Assembly (NCBI RefSeq): GCF_032191835.1
Contig: NC_083243.1
Span: 144,026,001 to 144,090,000, forward strand
Direction of reading: 5' to 3'
DNA: 64,000 bases
Source of the DNA: Heteronotia binoei
Taxonomy: Eukaryota
Part shown: positions 1 to 10,406 of the stretch, piece by piece
Layout: the number at the start of each line of letters is the position of its first letter
Numbering within the stretch: the stretch's first letter is position 1
Notes under the pieces: model-generated
What the model was told of the DNA's origin: nothing
The model's database searches: none
What the model saw: the letters and a program-made list of their open reading frames with translations, nothing else
Position numbers and translations under genes: made by a program

Positions 1-16
1 TTCAGAGGCTTTGGCT

Positions 17-730
17 GTGTGTCAGCCTGGATAATGGCATATTTTACTCGCTGGTAAGGTGTGATAGAAAGTTATTTTCATGAACTTTAACTGTGCACCA
101 CTTTGAATAGAGGCAAAAGACACAGCACCAAACAGTTGGTACCCGCTTCTGTGAAGTTATTTCCTAGGTCTATGGCTTTGACGTCAAAGTCTTCAGGCTT
201 GACCTAGAAGCCCTTCCTTCCCCCCTCCCTTCTCTTGGAGAGAAAAGAGGCTTGGAGGTGTGGCCTGGCAGATGCTGCTTGACTGTAGGATTCCCTGGTC
301 CCTCCCTTTGCTTCCAGTGAAGAAGCTTGGAGGCATGGCCTGGAAGAGATTGTCTGCCCAAAGGAAACCTTTCCCCCTCTCTGCCTGCAGCCAGTTCCAG
401 CCAGAACCCTCGAATTTGGCCTGTTGAAGGCTTGTTTTAAAGCTTAGCTATACCTGACTGACCAGACTCCTCTCTGACAGTCCTCAGTTTCACAGTAAAA
501 TCTGTGGAAGCCTGGGTTAACACAGCCTTGCAATTCTCTGTGCCTCTTTGTAAAAGATACTATGTGTCAGAGGGTATTGTGCCTTTTATTTGGGGTTGTT
601 TGGACCTCTTCAGCTCCTGTAGTTTTGATGAGTGGCTGAAGTGGGTGGAATGTCTTCTGACTTTTAGTCTTGCTTTAAATAACAGACTATGTATGCTTAA
701 GTCCTGCTGTGCTTTATTTTACCACTCATT
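17..730 (+). mobile_element. Possible LTR-like repeat, interrupted by the SINE/L1 and perhaps continuing at 6950-7070
   Basis: Composition and layout resemble the other solo LTRs in the window. Termini and TSD could not be fixed. Confidence 0.25.
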
Positions 731-741
731 CTATTAGGAAT

Positions 742-915
742 AAGAGCCCCGTGGTGCAGAGTGGTAAAGCTGCAGTACTGCAGTGCTAAACTCTGCTCAT
801 GACCTGAGTTTGATTCCAGCTGAAGCTGGTTGAGGTAGCTGGCTCGAGGTTGACTCAGCCTTCCATCTTTTCGAGGTTGGTAAAATGAGTACCCAGCTTG
901 CTGGGAGGAAAATGT
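742..915 (+). mobile_element. Sauria SINE, 5' part (tRNA-derived head), split by the L1 insertion
   Basis: GAGCCCCGTGGTGCAGAGTGGTAAAGCTGCAGTACTGCAG...GGTTGACTCAGCCTTCCATC...GGTAAAATGAGTACCCAGCTTGCTGG matches the Sauria SINE consensus as I recall it. The element resumes at 6805. Whole-SINE TSD CTATTAGGAAT at 731-741 and 6939-6949. Confidence 0.88.
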
Positions 916-1101
916 TTTTGTTTTTGTTTTTTAATTTCAAATGATTTTATTAATGAAAATTCTGAAAATGAACATATCATAGATAAGTATAAAAGTTACA
1001 TACATTAATAAAAATAACCAATACAATAACACACATTAAACATAGAAAATAAAAGGGAAAAACCAATAGTAGGCTTACATAGTTAAATATATTAAAGTAA
1101 A

Positions 1102-4100
1102 TTATAGCCACAAAAAATCTTTATATAATTTAGATTTGTTGTAAGAATTAATATAAAATGGATCACTATCGGTTTTTTCTAAGATAGGGAACCAGGTTGC
1201 TATGTACTTGGAATAAGCCTGGTAGGGGTCGATAGTGTCTAATGTCGCCTGGATTTTGTCCATTGCTATATGGTCCCAAATTTTCAGGAGCCAGGTATCA
1301 AGGGACAAGTTGTTAGCGTTTTTCCAAGATTGGGCTACCGTTGTTTTTGCAGCTGTTAAAAGTTTGGCAATTAGAGATCTTTTCGAAGGTGACCATTTAG
1401 AACCGGGCCAATGATTAAGAAGTATCACAGTGGGGTCTTCAGGAATTATGGTATCCAATAAAGTTGAAAGGTGAGAGCAGATTGAAGTCCAAAAGGGTCT
1501 TATTTGGGGGCAATCCCACCAGCAATGAATGTAGGAGGCTTTGAGACCACAGTCTCTCCAACAATTAGAGGAGTTCGAGGTGACCATATGTGAAAGTTGG
1601 GTAGGAGTAAGGTACCAACGGGCCATAAGTTTGAAGTTCTGTTGTGAAATATTTATTATGTTGGAGTGTAGAATTTCGCTAGCCCAGATAGAGTCCCATT
1701 GATCTGGAGAAAGTATGGTCCCGCAGTCCCTATGCCAAAGGGCCGTGTAAGAGGGAAGTGAGGATTCCAATTTGGTAAGAAGGATACGATATATTCGTGA
1801 AATAAGCCCCTTTGACTGCACTTTATCTTGCAAATGAAGAATCAAATGTTCAAAATCTGTCGTTGGGCGGGAAAGTGACGATTTTAGTTGGGTGTCTTGG
1901 AGAAGATGTCTAATTTGGAAATATTGGAACCAAGGCAATGGGGTTAGTAATTTTTGGTCTAATTTATCTTTGGGTAGAATTTGCCTAGAAGAGGAAAGGA
2001 GGTCAAAAAGGAAGACAATTGAGGAGTCTCGCCAAGTTTTAAAAGAAGAGGGGAGTTGGGCCGGGAGAAACCATTTTTGACCGATAAACGAAGAAATGAT
2101 AGAAAAACCTGGGGCAAGGTAAGAACGTTCTGAATCCCATGTAGAAAGAAGTGCCTTAAGAAATGGGTTTACAAAATGCCACAAAGGACGGTCATTTTTC
2201 TTGAGCCATAATAGTTCGTAATATTTAAGGGGAGTAAAATGGGCCTCTTCAATAAGTGCCCATGCTGGGGGAGGGCGTTGATATAAAATTTTAGTCATTT
2301 GGGAGAGAATAACAGCTTTGTAGTAGCGAGTAATGTCTGGGACCGCCAGACCTCCTTTTGCTCTAGATCTGCAAATAGTAGTTAGTTTGATTCTGGCTTT
2401 TTTGTACTTCCAAATGAAGGATGTCAAGGTTTGTTGCCAGGAGTTTAACATCTTTTGAGGTATCACAATGGGAAGGGCCCGAAACAGATACAACAAACGT
2501 GGGAAAATAAAGGATTTGACCGTTTGGATTCTTTCCATCCAGGACAGTTGCAATTTGTCCCACTGTTTCAAAGTAATAGAAATGTCTGATAAAGTGGCAC
2601 TATAATTTGTCTTTAATAAATTGGAGAGATTTAAAGGGATTTTTAGCCCTAAATATGGCCAGTTTTCGGTAACCCAATGGAAGGGATATTTGGTGGATAT
2701 TTCTTTCTTTGAGTTAGGAAAAATATTGATTGGGTAAAGAATAGATTTAGAATGGTTGACTTGGAGTCCAGAAAGTTTACCAAAATTGTCTAAAAGAGTG
2801 GAGATAGCGTCTAAGGATTGCAGAGGATTTGAAATATATAAAACTATGTCATCGGCAAATAAGCTAATTTTAAATGTGGAGCCTTGAACCGACAAGCCTG
2901 GGATTTCAGGAGAAAGACGAATCAGGTTTGCGAACGGTTCAATAACCAATGCAAATAAAACCGGAGAGAGGGGACAGCCTTGGCGTGTCCCTCTCTCCAG
3001 ACTGAACGCAGAGGACTGTTGACCGTTAACTTGTAAAAAGGCTGATGGGTCCAAATAAAGGGAATCAATAACCTTCATAAATTTTGGGCCAAAGCCCATA
3101 TGGTATAGGACCTTGCGAAGAAAAAGTGGTTCTACGCTATCAAAGGCCTTTTCAATGTCCAGGGCTAAAATACAAGATTCAAAGTTTTGGAAGGTACAAT
3201 ATTGAATTAGGTTAATTGTTTGTCTCGTATTGTCTGTAATGTCACGGTTTGGTATAAATCCTGATTGATTTATATGGATGTAGGAACCAATGATTTTGTT
3301 CAGTCTAGCTGTTAAGATGGACGTAAATAACTTATAGTCGTTATTAAGTAAAGAAATAGGGCGATAGGATTTGGTATTTAAGAGGTCTTTATCTTTTTTG
3401 GGTATGAGAATTATTTTCGCCTGAGACCATGAAGAGGGCATACGACCAGTCTCCAACACTAGATTACAGATCGAAGTAAAGTGGGAAGTTAGGGACTGGC
3501 CGAATTTTTTGTAAAACTCTGAAGGCAAGCCATCCCTACCTGGTGTTTTGTTAGGCTTAGAAGATTTGATAGCGTCAAGCACCTCTATGGGGGAGATGGG
3601 AGAGTCCAAAAAGTGTTGGTGATCATGTGATAGGCGATTAAGAATGGGTTGGTTCTGTAATAGGTGATCTATTGAAGAAGGAGAAGGATTAGTTGAAGTA
3701 TACAACTTTTGAAAATAATCATGGAAGACATCTAGGATTTTTTTATTAGAAGAATGCCTTTTACCAGTGTGATCCATGATAACATTAATTTGTCTCTCCC
3801 CTAGTTCTTTTCTGAGTTTCCAAGATAATAATTTCAATGAGCGAGGGTGATTGTACCAATACCTCTGTTTTAAAAAAAGAAGGTTCTTCCTGATAGTAGA
3901 GGATTCCATTAGATCTAACTTTTTCCTTTCTAACAAGAGTTTGTGGTAAATCTTTTTTGAACAGGTTTGTTTATGCTTTTGTTCTAATAATTTGATGTTA
4001 TCCAATAGATGTTGGCTAAGCTCCAATTTTCTTTTTTTGTAGGCCGAATTCAAAGAAATACACTTGCCTCGCAGAACAGCCTTCATTGCGTCCCAAACAA

Positions 4101-4956
4101 TGTCGGCGGAGACCCCGCACTCAGAATTGTTTTCAAAATAAAGATTGATCTCTTGCTCAATTTGTGTGCAAAATTCTTGATTTAAAAGAAGTGACCTATT
4201 CAATGACCAATTATAACAAGGTTTATCCTGGGAGGCAGTACTTAACGTGCACTCTAACCAAGCGTGGTCAGAGAGAGTTCTGAGGCCAATATTAGTATGG
4301 GAAATTTGGTTCAATAAAGAGGGAGAAATAAGGAAATAATCTATTCTTGTAAAAATATTGTGGACAGCTGAAAAATACGCGTAATCCTTAACTCCAGGGT
4401 TGTGAATTCTCCAGATATCACATAAATTAAAATTTTGAAAAATGGTTTGCAGGGGTGCGGAGGGAACAGTTGTGGGGGGGTGCGACTTGAAAGATCTATC
4501 CCAGATAGGGTCAATTATCTGGTTAAAATCACCACCTATAACAACTGCCCCCTCCTGGAAGAGGGCAAGTCTAGATAAAGTGGACTTTATGAAGGTAAGT
4601 TGTGCTGAGTTGGGGGCGTATAGCGAAGCCAAAGTAAATAAAGAATCATTAAGCATACCCTTAACGAAAATATATCTTCCCTGAGCGTCAACTTCTTGGG
4701 CCAAAAGGATAAATCTAGTTCTCCTAGATAGTATAATAGCAACGCCACGTGACTTCGATGAGCCAGCAGCTATAAACTGTGTTTGGAACCATTTTGAACG
4801 AAGGATGTTTGAGTTTGTCTTTTTAATATGGGTTTCCTGTAAAAAAAGAAGGTCAGGTTGTAATTTTGTTAACGCAGAGGAGAGTCTTTTGGCCTTAATA
4901 ACATTATTAAGGCCTCTACAATTAAGAGAGATTAATTTCAACTCAGACATAGCCAT
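1102..4956 (-). CDS. L1 ORF2p (APE endonuclease, reverse transcriptase, C-terminal CCHC), about 1284 aa
   Basis: The ORF track starts at a TTG (4962); the first ATGs are at 4956 and 4950. EN motifs SLNCRG, LQETH, GGDFN, SRIDY-like TRIDY and LSDH. RT motifs LDIEKAFD, RQGCPLSP, LFADD and YLG. Zn finger CWRDCGLKASYIHCWWDC. Confidence 0.97.
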   Translation of the reverse strand: MAMSELKLISLNCRGLNNVIKAKRLSSALTKLQPDLLFLQETHIKKTNSNILRSKWFQTQFIAAGSSKSRGVAIILSRRTRFILLAQEVDAQGRYIFVKGMLNDSLFTLASLYAPNSAQLTFIKSTLSRLALFQEGAVVIGGDFNQIIDPIWDRSFKSHPPTTVPSAPLQTIFQNFNLCDIWRIHNPGVKDYAYFSAVHNIFTRIDYFLISPSLLNQISHTNIGLRTLSDHAWLECTLSTASQDKPCYNWSLNRSLLLNQEFCTQIEQEINLYFENNSECGVSADIVWDAMKAVLRGKCISLNSAYKKRKLELSQHLLDNIKLLEQKHKQTCSKKIYHKLLLERKKLDLMESSTIRKNLLFLKQRYWYNHPRSLKLLSWKLRKELGERQINVIMDHTGKRHSSNKKILDVFHDYFQKLYTSTNPSPSSIDHLLQNQPILNRLSHDHQHFLDSPISPIEVLDAIKSSKPNKTPGRDGLPSEFYKKFGQSLTSHFTSICNLVLETGRMPSSWSQAKIILIPKKDKDLLNTKSYRPISLLNNDYKLFTSILTARLNKIIGSYIHINQSGFIPNRDITDNTRQTINLIQYCTFQNFESCILALDIEKAFDSVEPLFLRKVLYHMGFGPKFMKVIDSLYLDPSAFLQVNGQQSSAFSLERGTRQGCPLSPVLFALVIEPFANLIRLSPEIPGLSVQGSTFKISLFADDIVLYISNPLQSLDAISTLLDNFGKLSGLQVNHSKSILYPINIFPNSKKEISTKYPFHWVTENWPYLGLKIPLNLSNLLKTNYSATLSDISITLKQWDKLQLSWMERIQTVKSFIFPRLLYLFRALPIVIPQKMLNSWQQTLTSFIWKYKKARIKLTTICRSRAKGGLAVPDITRYYKAVILSQMTKILYQRPPPAWALIEEAHFTPLKYYELLWLKKNDRPLWHFVNPFLKALLSTWDSERSYLAPGFSIISSFIGQKWFLPAQLPSSFKTWRDSSIVFLFDLLSSSRQILPKDKLDQKLLTPLPWFQYFQIRHLLQDTQLKSSLSRPTTDFEHLILHLQDKVQSKGLISRIYRILLTKLESSLPSYTALWHRDCGTILSPDQWDSIWASEILHSNIINISQQNFKLMARWYLTPTQLSHMVTSNSSNCWRDCGLKASYIHCWWDCPQIRPFWTSICSHLSTLLDTIIPEDPTVILLNHWPGSKWSPSKRSLIAKLLTAAKTTVAQSWKNANNLSLDTWLLKIWDHIAMDKIQATLDTIDPYQAYSKYIATWFPILEKTDSDPFYINSYNKSKLYKDFLWL

Positions 4957-5474
4957 AACCAATCGTAAAGTAGTAAAAATTTAAGCTTAAGCAACATTGG
5001 GGGGCCTAATAGCCAGGCACTAAATTTCTTCAAAGCCAAATATAAAAGATATAACCAGGTAAGTAACACCCAACATTGTATTACAACAACGTGCACCTTT
5101 TGCAGAATATAAACAACACCTGTGGATGTAGAAAAAACAAAGTTCAAGGCAAAAGTATATGGAGTCAATGAAACCCTTAGTCCAACACCTACTAGAAGTA
5201 AGGACATAAGCCAATGTTCAAGGCCATAGGCATAAACCGAATACTTCAAACTTAACCTCATAAAACGTTTCTGAACGGCCAAAGGTTCTAAAGACCATTG
5301 TTTAGCTGGGGGGATCCATTTGACACATGAATCACAACTAAAAATTAGCAAAACTGGCCAAAAGTGGTTAGAATTAACAAGCTGGAGGAACCATTCCAGC
5401 CTATGGCTTTCCCTCCTAAAGAAAAAATAGACACACAACATTAAATAAAACTCAAAACTTTCTAAACTGTTCAT
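4938..5474 (-). CDS. Hypothetical 178-aa hydrophobic ORF in the L1 inter-ORF spacer
   Basis: True ATG at 5474 with A at -3 and 178 stop-free codons. The stop lies 16-18 nt past the first ORF2 ATG. No recognisable homology, so it may be non-coding. Confidence 0.3.
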   Translation of the reverse strand: MNSLESFEFYLMLCVYFFFRRESHRLEWFLQLVNSNHFWPVLLIFSCDSCVKWIPPAKQWSLEPLAVQKRFMRLSLKYSVYAYGLEHWLMSLLLVGVGLRVSLTPYTFALNFVFSTSTGVVYILQKVHVVVIQCWVLLTWLYLLYLALKKFSAWLLGPPMLLKLKFLLLYDWLWLCLS

Positions 5475-5719
5475 TGTCTCAGGGTAGAGAACAATGAAAT
5501 TTTGCTTAAACAGTCAAAGTACAACAAAAGGAGGAGGGCTAGAAAAAGGGACCTCCCAACTGTCCCAACCAAATGAAGTTTTAAAAGTAAAGATTTTTCC
5601 CCTCCCCCCGCTCCTTTTTAGAATGTGAAAATAGAGCTAGGGCATGATGCTAACAGTGGGCTTATAGTAAAAATATGGATATACATTAGGCTAGTCGACC
5701 ACATGGAGTACATCTAGCG

Positions 5720-6694
5720 TCATCTTCTTGGTTTAGAAAAAAATGGCTTGTTAGATGGTCGGAGTCCATTAGCCAGGTTTGGGTCAGTAGCTGAAGGCGG
5801 GTCAATGTGAAGGCGGGTAAGAAGGTCACATCCAGAAGCAAAGTCAAAGGCTGTCAGACGAAGACCCTGGTGAACCACCAAGATTTGGGTAGGAGATGAC
5901 CAGCGAAAACGGATCTTGTGTTCAGCCAGTAAGTTTAAGATGGGTTTCATGTCTTTTCTGTGCTGCAAAGTCTCTGGGGAAAGGTCAGCCAGAACAAGGA
6001 TCTTTTTCCCTTCGTAAAGTAAGCCTTCTTCAGACCGGGCATTTTGTAGAATTGAGGTTCTGGTCCTAGAGTCTGGAATTGTAGTCAGAATATCACGTGG
6101 AATGTCTTTTGAGTTGGGTTGTAAAGCGCCTAAACGATAAGCAGAGTCAATAAGGGGGGCAATGCCATCTTGGAGATGGAGGGCAGAAGCCAGCCAGGAC
6201 GCCATGAAGGTCTTGATCTCTTGATTTTCTTCGGCCTGCTCAGGCAGCCCTCTGAATTTTAAATTTGCCGCCCTTAATTTATTGTCCAGATATAGGACCT
6301 TTTCATGAAGCCATAAATCAGAGCGTTGGAGGCTCTCCACTGCCTCCTGTGCCTTAGTAGCCATTTCAAAAGCTGCATTCGCAGTTTGAGTAACAGCCAC
6401 CAATGTTTCGTTTATTTTTTTAAGTTCAGAGTGAATAGGGGCTGTTGCTTTGGAGATTTTCTCCCCAATAGTCTCTTCCAGCCGGGTCATGGCTGCTTGG
6501 AAGGACTGGAAGGTTAGTGGGGAGCTTTCTTCTGGGCTCAGGAGAGAGTCAGACGCCATTTTCCCCAGGGGAAGAGAAGGCCCAGGCGAGGGAGCGGGAA
6601 CTTCAGAGCTCGCTGGGGGGAAAGTCAGTACCTGCTGAGTAGTAGAAGACGATTTTTTGGTAGCCTTAGGAGTTCCAACGCTGCGTCTGCCCAT
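5720..6694 (-). CDS. L1 ORF1p (coiled coil, RRM, CTD; nucleic-acid chaperone), 324 aa
   Basis: ATG at 6694. Contains the ORF1 motifs NKLRAANLKFRGLPEQAE, IDSAYRLG, PRDIL, DLSPETLQHRK and RFRWSSP. No internal stop. Confidence 0.93.
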   Translation of the reverse strand: MGRRSVGTPKATKKSSSTTQQVLTFPPASSEVPAPSPGPSLPLGKMASDSLLSPEESSPLTFQSFQAAMTRLEETIGEKISKATAPIHSELKKINETLVAVTQTANAAFEMATKAQEAVESLQRSDLWLHEKVLYLDNKLRAANLKFRGLPEQAEENQEIKTFMASWLASALHLQDGIAPLIDSAYRLGALQPNSKDIPRDILTTIPDSRTRTSILQNARSEEGLLYEGKKILVLADLSPETLQHRKDMKPILNLLAEHKIRFRWSSPTQILVVHQGLRLTAFDFASGCDLLTRLHIDPPSATDPNLANGLRPSNKPFFSKPRR

Positions 6695-6804
6695 GCCTAG
6701 GTGAAATTGACGCGTTCTGTGGGAGCGAGGGGAGCGCGAAGGGACAGTTTGTCGGGAGAAGCTCTTTCAGGCGTCTGCCATTACCCACATCGCCCCGCCC
6801 CCCC
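6695..6804 (-). promoter_or_regulatory. L1 5'UTR, presumed internal Pol II promoter
   Basis: GC/CpG-rich 110 nt starting GGGGGGGCGGGGCGATGTGGGTAATGGCAGACG. The ATGGC core resembles the YY1-type initiator at the 5' end of L1s (inference). Confidence 0.55.
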
Positions 6805-6938
6805 GGGAGGAAAATGTAATGACCAGGGAAGGCAGTGGCAAACCACCCTATAAAAAGGTCTGCTGTGAAAACGTTGTGAAAGCAGCGTCACCCCAGAGTC
6901 GGAAACGACTGGTGGTTGCACAGGGGACTTTTTCTTTC
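6805..6938 (+). mobile_element. Sauria SINE, 3' part (BovB-related tail)
   Basis: GGAAGGCAGTGGCAAACCACCC...CACCCCAGAGTCGGAAACGACTGGTGGTTGCACAGGGGACTT, followed by the second TSD copy CTATTAGGAAT at 6939-6949. Confidence 0.88.
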
Positions 6939-7276
6939 CTATTAGGAATGCTTGGATTCCAGGACAAGGACCAGATCTGTTGAGCTCTGCTCCAAGCCCT
7001 ATTCTTAAGGTCTCGTTTTAAAAGCTGATGCAGCAGCCTTAGTCTACCACCTTGCTGCAGTCTCTCAGCACCGATATTGTTGCCCTCCCTATGGGGAACT
7101 CAGAAGTGATTGGCGAGTATGCTTTTGGAGGCAAGCCTCAGTAGTTCACCACTCCTCTTGGTTCCATGGTATCCTTTGGAACTGACAGTGAATTGGGGAA
7201 CTCCTTAGCTGCCACTGTTTTCATTAGCAATGATTACCCTGCAGGACTCACTCTTATGAGACGCACTTCGAAGCAA

Positions 7277-7348
7277 AAGCCAGTGTGGTATAGTGCTTTG
7301 AGTGGAGGGCTGGATCTGGGAGACCTGGGTTCAAAAGCCATTATGTCT
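7277..7348 (+). mobile_element. tRNA-derived SINE head fragment
   Basis: AGCCAGTGTGGTATAGTG (A box-like) ... CTGGGAGACCTGGGTTCAAA (B box-like). Confidence 0.55.
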
Positions 7349-7847
7349 GAAAACATGTTGACTTTGGATTCTCTCTACCTGACCTGCTTTGCAAGTTTCT
7401 AGAGAGGATGAAATGAAAAAAGTATGAAATCCCTGTTAGGGATTAAGATAAGCTCCATACCAATCTTTTCAACTAACTAATTATGTTTTCCTACTCAAAA
7501 TATTTGCCCCATGGGACGTCTCTGATTGGCGAATTGTAATTACTTCCTGATGTTACATCCTTTACTACAATCCCTTGACAAATATATGGTTGATACCAGT
7601 GGTCATCTCTATTATTCTTGAATACCTACAGGTTTGAGAGCGCTTTGGTCTCTGTTTTAACCATTATAGGGTTACCTGAATGGAAAGCAGAATTTATCTA
7701 CTGCAGTCTGCCTTTATGTTGTGAATCAAAAGGTCAATATGGTCTTTTTTACTATCCCTTTGAAGGGCGTTTGACTCACTGAATCTCACAGCCTCTGCTG
7801 GTGATTTACATGAGAGATCCATTCCTTTAACCTGGATCACTCTTTTT

Positions 7848-8132
7848 AAGAAGAAGATGATGATGATATTGGATTTATATCCCGCCCTCCACTCCGAAGA
7901 GTCTCAGAGCAGCTCACAATCTCCTTTATCTTCCTCCCCCACAACAGACACCCTGTGAGGTGGGTGGGGCTGGAGAGGGCTCTCACAGCAGCTGCCCTTT
8001 CAAGGACAACCTCTGCCAGAGTTATGGCTGACCCAAGGCCATTCCAGCAGGTGCAAGTGGAGGAGTGGGGAATCAAACCCGGTTCTCCCAGATAAGAGTC
8101 CACACACTTAATCACTACACCAAACTGGCTCT
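7848..8132 (-). mobile_element. Squam3-like SINE (gecko-type), full length
   Basis: Minus strand reads AGAGCCAGTTTGGTGTAGTG..TAAG...GGTTTGATTCCCC (A/B boxes), L2-like 3' end GGGCGGGATATAAAT and a (TCA/TTC)n tail. A second copy lies at 29313-29593. Confidence 0.88.
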
Positions 8133-8320
8133 TTTACATTGCCCTAGCTGGTATTAGGAATTAATGTGCCCCACAAGGAAGCTATAAACTCTTCAGTACA
8201 ATTGATCAGATTGTCAGTACTATGTGAGGTGTAACAGGCTTGCTGTCAGAATCTTGAATCACCTTTCCGCCCCGCCCCCCCCCCCCCCCCCCGCCTAATG
8301 CGCCCTCCAAGCTATGGAGT

Positions 8321-8520
8321 CTTGTCAGCAAAAATTCTACTTTGTGAGCTACTGGCATTAAGTTGTGAGCAAGCCGTTTGGCTACTGCATAAACGAGTTT
8401 GCTCTGGGGTCATTCTTCCTGAACTAAGACAAAAATGTGTGAGCCAGAGGCAACCCCCCCCCCCCAAAAAAAAATGCTGTGTGCTAGCTCATGCGCAATA
8501 TGCCAGGTTCCATGCTTGGC
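8321..8520. mobile_element. Non-autonomous DNA-transposon (MITE) fragment
   Basis: Shares GCAAAAATTCTACTT...TGGCATTAA...GGCTACTGCATAAA...TTTGCTCTGGGG with 28281-28462. Confidence 0.5.
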
Positions 8521-10406
8521 ATTCCCTACTGAAAAAATCTCTGGTAGCCAAGATTCCCTTAAATTATTTCATCTATTATCTATGGTGATTTTAAAAAAAA
8601 AATTAAACTTCTCTGATCTTCTGGCTTGTCTACCACATTCCCTATGATTCATTTCTCACCTATGTCACTTAGTGGGCTCAGATCTTCCCCACCTCTCATC
8701 TAAGGGGAGGTTGCCTGTCTCCCATTAATTAGATTATTCAGTTCCCTGGGACAGAAAAAGTGACTATTGTGTATTTTGATGCACAACTGAAGTCGCCTTT
8801 GTCCAGGCCCAGATTGGATAGCTTGTTGTCTAAACTTTTGTTGACTGTCTTCCCCAGTAGTTATTATACCATTCCAGGGAAACTTAACTGAGTGTTCCTT
8901 TGTCTTTCTTTTCTGTAGTCAATCCTTATTTTACTGAGACTGTTAGCTCTTTGTAGCTTCCACTGCTGCCTTTTTCTGGCAAATGTATATATGACATGTA
9001 CATATGACATTATAACAAAATATGTATTCTTGCTGTATATTTTACCCTTCAGGGGATGCCCAGACTTGTTTTTCCTTATTTCTATGATAGACCTAACATG
9101 CACCATTCTTGTGCTCTCAGCTGTTTTTTCTCAGAACACTTCTTTGGAAGTTGAGCCTCTGGAAGTCAGGGTCGTCTCTGATGTCTCCTTCCCTTTGGTG
9201 TGGGGACCCTGCTGTAGGCATGTGTTTCCCAGTGTGTCCTGATGTTATAAAGAATTAGTTGCCATACCACTATTTTCCCCTAGAACACTGGGCATACTTT
9301 CCTTGTGTCTCTTGTTTTAATGCAGGCACTCAACAGAAACTAGGTTTCCATCTCCTAAGGGAGACCAACTCCCTGATAAATTAATGTTGCCCCACTATGG
9401 GAGGTTCCAGCCTCTGTCCTTTGAGTTTCCTTCCAGACAGGGACCGCTGTCATTGAGAGATTCCTTTCTAACCCCCACCAAGGCAATCTGCTTTTATGTG
9501 TTTTTTCCTCTGGCTATATTGCTACACACATTGCTCTGCAAGCTACAGAAAGCTCATTTATGGCACCTCCAGTCCAGCCTTTCTTTGTGTACATCACACC
9601 TGTTTTCATTGCTTTCATTATTATAAGGCAAACCCACTTACTCTCAATCCTGCTGATAACTTGATATGTTAGTTCACTCTCTGCCTGCATTGCAGCAGTA
9701 GCCTTCCATTTTTCTGAGTGGCAAGTATTTGTTCCTACACTACCAGATCGTGTACCTCTAAGTGTCAAATAATCCCTACGGAAACTGTAACAGGGTTTCA
9801 AGCCTACTGCTTCTGCTGTTGATCAGATTTTGGCCACTGGTTGCAACAAACACTCTCTAACCTTTCCTCTCCCTTGTTGGAGTTCCAATGATGCTACAAA
9901 TCAGGGGTATAACCCCTTGTATTATTTTTGCACTTCCCTGGTGCTTCATTTAGAATATTGTTTTTTTAGTATGCAACAATTCCAACTGTGGCATGGAGAC
10001 AGTGAGTGAGGCCCTGGTTGGAATCCTTTGCCAGGGATTGTCTCTCAGTCCTCATGTCACACATGGCCAGTGTCCTCATGCAACCTCACCTTTGTGGATT
10101 GGCAGAGGCCCTCACATTCTGTCTTGTCTGCAAGGCTATTCAATGCTACTTTAGGTGTCATGACCCTCTCCAAAAGAGTGCTGTTTTATTTGACATGTCC
10201 CTGCAGATATTTCATTTGGGACACTTGTTCAAAACTTGCTGTTCTGTTTTAACACAGTTCTGAGTGAAGGTCATTATGTGATGCTAAGCACACATTAGGA
10301 AGGTGGTCCTCTGTGGTCTCATCCTTTGAGAGATTCACACTCACCTCCTTCGTTCACTGAGCTTGCTAATCTCCCCATGTGAGGCTGCACGGAAGCCACA
10401 AAGATG

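Larger units (their letters stand above)
916..6804 (-). mobile_element. Full-length LINE-1 (L1 clade) retrotransposon, apparently intact
   Basis: 13-bp TSD GGGAGGAAAATGT at 903-915 and 6805-6817. G-rich 5' end, 110-nt 5'UTR, open ORF1 and ORF2, AATAAA (946-951, minus) and an A-rich tail A6CA5CA4 at about 916-932. Confidence 0.97.
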
